Below the pieces are notes generated by a model. The model did no database searches. It was given only the letters and a program-made list of their open reading frames with translations, and was not told where the DNA came from. A DNA stretch of 64,000 nucleotides, taken from the NCBI GenBank assembly GCA_023439545.1, contig JAEXNT010000036.1, positions 25,958 through 89,957 of the forward strand, given 5' to 3'. The position numbers and the translations under genes are program-made. Source of the DNA: Bacillota bacterium (lineage in GTDB: Bacteria > Bacillota > Clostridia > Acetivibrionales > DTU013). This document shows, in pieces, positions 57,125-64,000 of the stretch (positions are counted from its first letter, which is position 1; the number at the start of each line of letters is the position of its first letter).

Positions 57125-58885
57125 ATGGCGTGGCTAAAAAGAATATTCTATATAAAAAGTATTTCAAACAAATTTATCTTCGCATTTGTAATCTTCATTA
57201 CTTTGCCTATGTTGATTAATGGCTTTCTCATGTATACAAAAGCCAGGAGTGTATTGGTAAACAAAATCAACAATTATACACAGAGCACTTTATCATTTAT
57301 AAATACCGATATAGACAACTTGATCAAAGATTGTGAATTGAAATTTGTAGATCTTTATAGCCGTAAAACTATATTCAGCGAACTGGAAAAGCAAAACCAG
57401 AGTGTCCCTACAGACAGGCTTAGAACTGAGGTTATGATAAATGATGAGTTGAGCAAATATCTTGCCAGTAATATCCTATTTGAGTCTGTTTATCTCTTTG
57501 CAAATAACAATGAAGTATATTCCGTGAATAGAACCGGAGATATCAGCAGCAGCTTCAGAGAAGCCTTTAATAATGATTTGACATTAAAAAAGGAAATTCT
57601 AAGTCTGAAAGGAGAGGGAAAGATTTTCCCTTTTTATGTAGACGGAACCACCTATTTATGTATAGCTAGAGTACTAAAAAATATTTATAGCGATTTCTCA
57701 AACATAGGAATTGCCGTTGTAACAATAGATTTGAAAAATATTGCAAATGTTTGTTCAGATATTCATGTTCCTAAAAATGTCACTTTGTATATTTTGGATT
57801 CGAATAATAAAGTTGTTTTCAAAAAAGGAAATTTTGAAGTAACAGATAATTATATTACAATCAATGGCAGTTTAAATAATATTCGGAGCGGAAAGAGTGG
57901 AATTAATATAATCAACATCACCAATACACCATATGCTTTGATATATAATACTGCAGAATACACAAAATGGACATGCATTGAATTTGTTCAAGAAAGCCAG
58001 CTCACCTCCGAAGTATTCGAAATCAAAACTTATTTCATTTTTGTAACCATATTATCAATATTTTTTCTTAGCATCATCATTATAATTGCATCGTTGTATA
58101 TAACAAATCCTATCAAACGTCTTGCCCAGGCAATGGATAAGATGAAAAAAGGAAACCTTGAAGTTAACGTCAGTTCCAAATCTCAAGATGAGGTGGGTAC
58201 GCTATATGAAAGTTTTAACGAAATGAGGCTCCGAATAAAAACACTGATTGAAGACATCCAAAAAGTGAGCAAAAAGGAAAAGGAAGCAGAAATGCAAGCA
58301 CTCAAGTCCCAATTCAACCCTCATTTTCTATATAATGCCCTAGGAGCTGTGAATTGGATTGCAGTAAGGAATAACCAATTTGAAATCAGCGATATGTTGA
58401 CCAGCCTTTCCGATTTATTAAGATACAGCTTGGATAAGGACAATAAAGAAATTGTGCCGCTTAGGGATGATATACGTTGGTTGAAAAGTTATTCTGACTT
58501 TCAAAAAATGCGCTTTGATAAGAAGTTTGAAGTCATATTCAACATAGACCCCTTTGTAATGGAGTGCAGGGTTCATAAGCTGCTGATTCAACCACTTCTT
58601 GAAAACAGCATCATTCACGGGCTTGATGGTATAGAAAGAGATGGGCTGATTGTTATTAATATAACAGGCGAGATGGACAAAGTTCATTTTGAAATCGTTG
58701 ACAACGGCAAAGGTATGGATAAAGATACACTAGCCAATATCACAAGCTCCGGCAATAAAGGCCTGGGGATAAAGAATGTTCACGAAAGAATCAAGCTATA
58801 TTATGGTGAATCCTACGGTTTGGAAGTTGAAAGCGAATTAGGGCAGGGACTAAAGATCTCTTTCAACATACCTCATATTGAATAA
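57125..58885 (+). CDS. YesM/LytS-type sensor histidine kinase
   Basis: Two TM segments flank an extracellular domain. HAMP follows, then the His_kinase motif LKSQFNPHFLYNAL and HATPase_c (DNGKGM...GLGIKNV). It is divergent from the ABC operon. Confidence 0.9.
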   Translation: MAWLKRIFYIKSISNKFIFAFVIFITLPMLINGFLMYTKARSVLVNKINNYTQSTLSFINTDIDNLIKDCELKFVDLYSRKTIFSELEKQNQSVPTDRLRTEVMINDELSKYLASNILFESVYLFANNNEVYSVNRTGDISSSFREAFNNDLTLKKEILSLKGEGKIFPFYVDGTTYLCIARVLKNIYSDFSNIGIAVVTIDLKNIANVCSDIHVPKNVTLYILDSNNKVVFKKGNFEVTDNYITINGSLNNIRSGKSGINIINITNTPYALIYNTAEYTKWTCIEFVQESQLTSEVFEIKTYFIFVTILSIFFLSIIIIIASLYITNPIKRLAQAMDKMKKGNLEVNVSSKSQDEVGTLYESFNEMRLRIKTLIEDIQKVSKKEKEAEMQALKSQFNPHFLYNALGAVNWIAVRNNQFEISDMLTSLSDLLRYSLDKDNKEIVPLRDDIRWLKSYSDFQKMRFDKKFEVIFNIDPFVMECRVHKLLIQPLLENSIIHGLDGIERDGLIVINITGEMDKVHFEIVDNGKGMDKDTLANITSSGNKGLGIKNVHERIKLYYGESYGLEVESELGQGLKISFNIPHIE

Positions 58886-58934
58886 TTGAAATCTCTGTCT
58901 CATATATCGTGAATCATAGGGGGTATCTATAGTT

Positions 58935-60521
58935 ATGTATAAGGTCCTGATAGTAGATGATGAACCAGGAATTCGAAATACATTAAAAAAACTAATCAGC
59001 TGTTACAATAGCAATTATGAAATTGTAGGAGAAGCAGTAAATGGTATTCAGGGGTTAAGCCTTATCAAGGAAAAAGTACCCGACATTGTTATATTAGACA
59101 TAAAAATGCCTGAGATGGATGGTATTGCTTTGATGGAGAAGTTGAAAAAACAGCATCTGAATTGTAAAATTATACTGCTTACAGCATATAACGACTTTAA
59201 CTATGCTAGAAGTGCTTTAAAGCTTTCTGCTCTGGATTATCTGCTAAAACCCGTTAATCGTGAAGATTTGAGGAAGGTATTGAATAAGGCTGTAATGATA
59301 ATAAAAAAGGAAAAAGAAGGTTTCGAGCGTGAGGCATCGATTAAAAAACTCCTGGATAAAAGCGTAAATGCTTATAGAGACACTATTTTGAACCAGCTTA
59401 TAGATGGAGATAATTACGAAAAAGTAATCAATGATATACCTTCAATTTTTACAGTGAAATACGAATTTTTAGTCATTATGGTTTTCAACGTATTTGAAGA
59501 GCTGTCGGTTAAAAATATCCATCTCAAGGAATTGAAGCAACTGATTGAAGATGATATGAATCCTAATATCAGAGGGTACTGCTTTTTTGATAAAGATAAG
59601 AAACTAGTATTTTTAGGCTTGATTGATATTGATGAGAAAGATGATCCCAATTCAATTGTTGAAGAGTATGCCGGGCATATACAAAGTGTCTTTTACTCAC
59701 TTAAGGGAATAAAAATCCCAATAGGAATTGGAAACATTTACAATTCTCTTTGCAGTATTTTCAAATCATACTCTGAAGCTTGCATTGCTTCAGAATACAG
59801 GTTTGTATTAACAGAAAAAAGAATAATTTCAATTTCCGATTGCAGTTCTTCAAATTTTCACTATAAATATCCAACTAAAATTGAAAACTATATACTTAAT
59901 GCCCTCCTTCTGGGGGACAGCGATTCTATAATAATAAATTTCAACGGCTTTTTTAATGTTGCCACGAATGAACCAATAAACCCTTCGAATCTTAAGCAAA
60001 TTTGTATGCAGTTGGGAGTAACTATTCTAAAAAAAATTAAGGAGTTAAATATTTACAATCAGTTAAATATTAATGATGACACATATTTCTACGACATGAA
60101 CAAATATGAAACTGTACATGATTACAGGAACCAGTTAATACAGATAATCTTTCAGATCATCAGTATTCTTAATGAGAACGGAAAATCAAGAAATGAATTA
60201 AAATTAAGGAAAATGGTAGACAAATATTTAGAAAACAATTATTCGAGAAATATCGGCCTCATAGATGTTGCCAAAGATATTGGTGTAACACCCAATTATT
60301 TCAGCAGTCTATTCAAAAAGGAAATTGGCGAAAACTTCGTGGAATATTTGACACGGTTTAGAATGCAAGTTGCAAAAAAAATCTTAACTCATGAAAATGT
60401 CAATATTTCTAAGGTTGCTGAAATGGTCGGTTACAGCGATGTTAAATATTTCTTAAGGGTTTTCCGCAAATTAGAAGGTATTACTCCAAAAGAATACAAG
60501 CAGCTTAATTCAGCAATATAA
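58935..60521 (+). CDS. YesN-type response regulator (REC + AraC-family HTH)
   Basis: REC domain (KVLIVDDEPGIR...ILDIKMPEMDG) and a C-terminal AraC HTH (VGYSDVKYFLRVFRKLEGITPKEY). Confidence 0.9.
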   Translation: MYKVLIVDDEPGIRNTLKKLISCYNSNYEIVGEAVNGIQGLSLIKEKVPDIVILDIKMPEMDGIALMEKLKKQHLNCKIILLTAYNDFNYARSALKLSALDYLLKPVNREDLRKVLNKAVMIIKKEKEGFEREASIKKLLDKSVNAYRDTILNQLIDGDNYEKVINDIPSIFTVKYEFLVIMVFNVFEELSVKNIHLKELKQLIEDDMNPNIRGYCFFDKDKKLVFLGLIDIDEKDDPNSIVEEYAGHIQSVFYSLKGIKIPIGIGNIYNSLCSIFKSYSEACIASEYRFVLTEKRIISISDCSSSNFHYKYPTKIENYILNALLLGDSDSIIINFNGFFNVATNEPINPSNLKQICMQLGVTILKKIKELNIYNQLNINDDTYFYDMNKYETVHDYRNQLIQIIFQIISILNENGKSRNELKLRKMVDKYLENNYSRNIGLIDVAKDIGVTPNYFSSLFKKEIGENFVEYLTRFRMQVAKKILTHENVNISKVAEMVGYSDVKYFLRVFRKLEGITPKEYKQLNSAI

Positions 60522-60532
60522 AGAAAGCAATT

Positions 60533-60836
60533 TTATTTTTTTCCAATATGGCTCTGTATAAGAATTGTTTTCTCAATAGGAAGCAATGGAAATTGTTCTC
60601 TAATATCAACAACATTATCAGTGGATGTAAAAATAGCCAAGTTGAAAATTTATTCCAGATAATAAATGATGTAGTCTGCCAGTCTTAATACCTCAAATTC
60701 TTTCTGTCTTTCCATCTCCTGTAACATGATGTACGGTATACCATAGCTTGTAAGAACTGCCTGTCCCTTGTCCTCTACCTTCCTTAATCCATTTTTCATA
60801 TTTATCACGAGTAAATCCCCTATCTCTTTTAGCCAA
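60533..60836 (-). pseudogene. tnsA: Tn7-type TnsA endonuclease gene remnant (first ~100 codons, in-frame stop, frameshift, 3' truncation)
   Basis: From TTG at 60836 the minus strand reads AKRDRGFTRDKYEKWIKEGRGQGTGSSYKLWYTVHHVTGDGKTERI*GIKTGRLHHLSGI. After a frameshift it continues NLAIFTSTDNVVDIREQFPLLPIEKTILIQSHIGKK*. E. coli Tn7 TnsA, as I recall it, reads RRIKEGRGQGHGKDYIPWLTVQEVPSSGRSHRIYSHKTGRVHHLLSDLELAVFLSLEWESSVLDIREQFPLLP. All pieces are shorter than the ORF-track cutoff. Confidence 0.8.
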
Positions 60837-60891
60837 ATCTATATCCTCCACTAATTAACTAGCAAATAATTTAATTGTATACAAATAGATG

Positions 60892-60931
60892 AAAAAAGCA
60901 AAAGCCCCCCTAATGGTTCCACTAGGAGGGC
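60892..60931 (-). terminator. rho-independent terminator downstream of nrdJ
   Basis: The minus strand reads GCCCTCCTA, a 10-nt loop, TAGGGGGGC (one mismatch), then TTTTGCTTTTTT. Confidence 0.7.
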
Positions 60932-61072
60932 ATACATTTTTCTCATTATATTTTTTATGTTATTTCGTCTATACAATAAATACTGCTCCTTAACTTTTTA
61001 TAATACCAATTAAAAAGCGAAATATTATTTGGACAAACTTTTTTAAAATCACAGGTTCAACATCCGAAGGAA

Positions 61073-63466
61073 TCAGCCGCACTTGCTGAAGCCGCAGTTG
61101 CGGCATATCACGCAGCCGCCTTCATGCTCTACCGGCTTGCCGCATTCGGGGCAATGCGACATGTGCAGCGTGTCGGCTATATTGTAATCGCCCCTTTCGC
61201 CGTCATTTAGCAAATCTGCGTCACTGCAGCTGCTGTCGTACTCTGCCACCCTTGCGGTCGGTCTCGGGATGAAATCAATCTTTGAATAATCGGCTTTGCT
61301 TTCCAATTCCTCGTGGTTTGCGACATAAGCGGCGCCGTTACCGTTACCATTGCCGTTCTGCAGCTTCAGTACCTTTTCGATAAGCCTGCCGATAGCGTCC
61401 GGGCAGGACATTACTTTCAGGTCTTTCTGCCTGATGGTCGACGGACACCTTATCCCCTTGAGCTGCTCGACTATCGATTTTGCGTCGAGGCCGGAGCGCA
61501 GGGCTATCGAAACGAGACGGCTCGTTGCTTCCGACTGCGACGGGCAGCCGCCTGCGCGGCCTGTGTTCGTAAACACCTCGCATATGCCGTTTTCATCATA
61601 ATTGACTGTTATATAAAGGTTACCGCAGCCGATCCTCACTTTCTCAGTGAAGCCTGTCGTAATATCAGGCCTTGGCCTCGGCGCAATCTTGACACCGGCG
61701 GCTGCAGGGATATTTTCAGCAATTGCTTCATCCGCCTTGGGAGCTTCCTTCCCTTTTACCTCTCCTATGTTCAGAACCTGCATGTCGCGGCTGCCGTCCC
61801 TGTAGATGGTCACACCCTTGCAGTAGGACTTGTAGGCCTGTACGAATACGTCCCTGACGTCTTCCCTGGTCGCGTCGTGTCCGAGATTGACCGTCTTGGA
61901 TACCGCATTGTCCGTATATTTCTGGAATGAAGCCTGCATTTTGACATGCCACTCAGGAGAAATATCATGTGCTGTGACAAATACGTCCTGCATTTCAGCT
62001 GGAATCTCAGGGAAGCCCTTTATCGAGCCTTTCTTTGCGACCCTTCTCATAAGGTCGTCGGAGTAGAAGCCTGCCCCGGTCGAAACATTCTTAAATAACG
62101 GATTGACTTCGATCAGCTCGTCGTTATCCATTACGTTTCTGATGTAGGAAATGGCAAACAACGGTTCTATGCCGCTCGAGCAGCCCGCAATTATACTAAG
62201 GGTACCCGTAGGCGCGATAGTTGTCGTAGTCGCATTGCGGACTTTGACTCCGAGATCCTTATATATGCTCTTTTCAAAGAACGGGAATACTCCTCTTTTC
62301 TCTGCAAGCTCTATAGAAGCCCTGCGAGCCTCATCCTGTATGAAATGCATTAATTTCTCAGCCAGATTTATAGCTTTCTGTGAGTTATAAGGGATACCGA
62401 GCAGGCACAGCATATCGGACCAGCCCATCACGCCAAGGCCGATTTTCCTCGAACCTCTGGTCATCTCATCTATTTTGGGCAGTGGATAACGATTTACTTC
62501 TATTACGTTGTCGAGGAAGTGTACGGCCTTTTTCACGACTTTCCCGAGCTTGTCGTAGTCGACGTCGGGTTTACCGCCGTTGTCCTTTATCATAAGGCTC
62601 AGATTGATCGAGCCGAGGTTACAGGCTTCATACGGAAGCAGGGGCTGCTCGCCGCAGGGATTGGTGCTTTCTATCTCGCCGAGTTCAGGCGTAACATTGT
62701 CCTTGTTCAGCCTGTCGATGAATATTATACCGGGCTCGCCGTTATTCCAGGCATTGTCTATTATCAAATCGAAAATTTCTCTGGCATTTTCCTGTTTGAC
62801 TGCTTTCTTTGTCTTGGGGTCGACCAGGTTGTAGGTAGACCCTTTTTCAGCGGCCACCATGAATTCTTCAGTGACGGCAACACTGATATTGAAGTTGGTT
62901 ATATCCTTATTATCCTGCTTGCAGGTAATAAATTCGCGTATATCAGGGTGATCGACCCTAAGGATGCCCATATTGGCGCCCCTTCTCGTCCCACCCTGTT
63001 TAACGGCCTCGGTAGCAGCATTAAAAACCTTCATAAAGCTTATCGGTCCGCTGGCTACTCCGCCTGTAGAATTGACGGACGCTCCCTTCGGCCTGAGCCT
63101 GGAGAAGCTGAAGCCCGTACCTCCTCCGCTTTTATGTATCAGAGCGGCATTCTTGATCGTATCGAATATGCCTTCCATCGTATCTTCTATGGGGAGCACA
63201 AAACAGGCGCTCAATTGTCCCAACGGACGGCCGGCATTCATTAAAGTCGGTGAGTTTGGCAGGAATTCCAGATTTGCCATCAGATCAAAAAATTCTTTTT
63301 CGGTGGATTTGAGTCCGGAAGCTGTGGTATACGGCGCATCCGCAGCCGCTATCGCCTTTGCTACTCTTTTGAACAAACCTTCGGGGGTCTCGATGAGTTT
63401 ACCAGTTTCGTCTTTGGCTAGGTACCTCTTTTCAAGGACCTTTACTGCGTTTTCCGATAAGTTCAT
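61073..63466 (-). CDS. nrdJ: class II (adenosylcobalamin-dependent) ribonucleotide reductase with C-terminal CxxC...CxxC zinc ribbon
   Basis: MNLSENAVKVLEKRYLAKDETGKLIETPEGLFKRVA, the active-site segment TNPCGEQPLLPYEACNLGSINL, and the C-terminus CPECGKPVEHEGGCVICRNCGFSKCG. Confidence 0.9.
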   Translation of the reverse strand: MNLSENAVKVLEKRYLAKDETGKLIETPEGLFKRVAKAIAAADAPYTTASGLKSTEKEFFDLMANLEFLPNSPTLMNAGRPLGQLSACFVLPIEDTMEGIFDTIKNAALIHKSGGGTGFSFSRLRPKGASVNSTGGVASGPISFMKVFNAATEAVKQGGTRRGANMGILRVDHPDIREFITCKQDNKDITNFNISVAVTEEFMVAAEKGSTYNLVDPKTKKAVKQENAREIFDLIIDNAWNNGEPGIIFIDRLNKDNVTPELGEIESTNPCGEQPLLPYEACNLGSINLSLMIKDNGGKPDVDYDKLGKVVKKAVHFLDNVIEVNRYPLPKIDEMTRGSRKIGLGVMGWSDMLCLLGIPYNSQKAINLAEKLMHFIQDEARRASIELAEKRGVFPFFEKSIYKDLGVKVRNATTTTIAPTGTLSIIAGCSSGIEPLFAISYIRNVMDNDELIEVNPLFKNVSTGAGFYSDDLMRRVAKKGSIKGFPEIPAEMQDVFVTAHDISPEWHVKMQASFQKYTDNAVSKTVNLGHDATREDVRDVFVQAYKSYCKGVTIYRDGSRDMQVLNIGEVKGKEAPKADEAIAENIPAAAGVKIAPRPRPDITTGFTEKVRIGCGNLYITVNYDENGICEVFTNTGRAGGCPSQSEATSRLVSIALRSGLDAKSIVEQLKGIRCPSTIRQKDLKVMSCPDAIGRLIEKVLKLQNGNGNGNGAAYVANHEELESKADYSKIDFIPRPTARVAEYDSSCSDADLLNDGERGDYNIADTLHMSHCPECGKPVEHEGGCVICRNCGFSKCG

Positions 63467-63487
63467 TTGTACAGCCTCCTTGAATCA

Positions 63488-63534
63488 ATACAATATTTAG
63501 TATAGGTAATTTTTCCTGGCACTGTATATTGTAT
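63488..63534 (-). promoter_or_regulatory. two tandem NrdR-box-like 16-mers, starts 31 bp apart
   Basis: ATACAATATTTAGTAT (63488-63503) and GCACTGTATATTGTAT (63519-63534). Each matches the acaCwAtATaTwGtgt consensus as I recall it at about 13 of 16 positions. The second box overlaps the predicted -10. Confidence 0.55.
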
Positions 63535-63555
63535 CACTTTTGGAGGCCAAGTCAA
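63528..63555 (-). promoter_or_regulatory. sigma-A promoter of nrdJ
   Basis: The minus strand reads TTGACT, a 16-nt spacer, then TACAAT, about 60 nt upstream of the ATG. Confidence 0.5.
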
Positions 63556-63677
63556 TAAAAAAGCATGAAAAATAAATAGTAATTAGGTCCTATTGCGGAG
63601 CCGATAATTATGTGCTCAAGCTTGCTAAAAGTCATTCCGGGGATCACCGGAGACTATAATCGACCTTATTGAAATGT

Positions 63678-63711
63678 GGAAAAAAATGGCCTTCCTACCG
63701 GTAAAGCCATT
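63678..63711 (-). terminator. rho-independent terminator after the partial upstream gene
   Basis: The minus strand reads AATGGC...GCCATT with an inner TACC/GGTA pairing, followed by TTTTTTTC. Confidence 0.55.
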
Positions 63712-63724
63712 ACTGTATGTTGTA

Positions 63725-64000
63725 TTATCCGTTCTCCTTTTGAAGCGCCGCTTCATCATAAGAATTGCCTGCATCCCATAATATCCACTCTTCATAACCC
63801 GCATCGTAGACCGCTTTGATCTGCTGCTTCACCTGGTCGGCGCCATACTGCTGATACATGCTTTTAGGCCTCAGCCAGGATGCGGTAAAGTCCTGCAGAT
63901 ACGGCCTGACTTTGGCGTTATAGCCGCTTACCTTCGAAATCCTGTCCTTCCCTTTGACAAGCGTATTATAGACCACGCTGTAAGGTTCCAGGTCGGGCGC
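63725..64000 (-). CDS. C-terminal part of a putative glycoside-hydrolase-like TIM-barrel protein (DUF4015/YngK-like); N-terminus lies outside the window
   Basis: The frame is open to the window edge. ...VRPYLQDFTASW...YGADQVKQQIKAVYDAGYEEWILWDAGNSY resembles the DUF4015 C-terminus. The assignment is from memory only. Confidence 0.5.
   Translation of the reverse strand, partial: APDLEPYSVVYNTLVKGKDRISKVSGYNAKVRPYLQDFTASWLRPKSMYQQYGADQVKQQIKAVYDAGYEEWILWDAGNSYDEAALQKENG

Noticed and set aside
60837-61072. Search for a Tn7-type right end (terminal TGT plus phased TnsB sites matching the GGACATATTG motif of repeats A/B) between tnsA and nrdJ
   Set aside because: I found only weak candidates: TGTGATTTT... 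on the minus strand, and two TATTT(A)TTGTATA-like copies about 93 bp apart. Nothing clearly matches the A/B iterons. The nrdJ terminator also occupies part of the gap, so the end may be eroded.
62519-63244. 241-aa + strand ORF, and other + ORFs within 61313..63500
   Set aside because: They are antisense shadows inside the GC-rich nrdJ gene.
63467-63724. Possible cobalamin riboswitch upstream of the B12-dependent nrdJ
   Set aside because: The predicted TSS is only about 60 nt from the ATG, which is too short for a cobalamin aptamer. The region is better explained by a promoter plus NrdR boxes and by the terminator of the upstream gene.

Overview
This 64-kb chromosomal window looks like a Firmicutes/Clostridia-type genome. 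That is an inference from Gram-positive lipoboxes, sigma-A style TTGACA/TATAAT promoters, AGGAGG-type RBS and gene content. I saw no rRNA, tRNA or CRISPR array.

Positions 1 to about 38.6 kb are ordinary chromosome, roughly 47-50% GC in a few hand-counted 60-nt samples. This part holds:
- homoserine dehydrogenase plus an ACT-domain protein;
- an OmpR/HisKA two-component system with a coupled lipoprotein;
- an XRE-cupin regulator plus an acyl-CoA synthetase;
- a MacB-type ABC operon carrying a six-repeat CARDB-like anchored protein;
- an MsbA-type exporter with an attenuator-like leader;
- two tandem paralogous secreted beta-propeller/Big_2/glycine-rich proteins;
- a ROK-regulated ribose-type ABC operon with a polyol dehydrogenase;
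- a probable DUF1646 membrane protein behind a riboswitch-like leader;
- two paralogous membrane proteins plus a winged-helix regulator;
- c-di-GMP enzymes, a LysR/MFS/EamA group, and a soluble MCP / STAS-like / PAS-GGDEF-EAL operon.

From about 38.9 to 61.0 kb the sequence is an accessory mosaic with mobile-element scars, and its 42.9-60.5 kb core is visibly AT-rich:
- two diverged ~95-bp direct repeats that look like transposon ends;
- a frameshifted DJ-1/PfpI gene;
- an IS66 tnpA remnant with its GTAAGCG end;
- a decayed Tn7-type tnsA just downstream of nrdJ.

Its core is a tight 11-gene minus-strand operon:
- a solute-binding protein and two permeases;
- a GH9-like protein;
- an MCP;
- a GH94-clan-like phosphorylase;
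- deoB, rbsK, a CBS-less API-like SIS protein, RbsD/FucU and an ASRT-family protein.

A divergent YesM/YesN-type two-component system lies beside it. I read this operon as a candidate phosphorolytic pentofuranoside utilisation pathway, and it is the most novel-looking system in the window.

The window ends with class II ribonucleotide reductase nrdJ, which has tandem NrdR boxes over its promoter, and a partial DUF4015-like gene.
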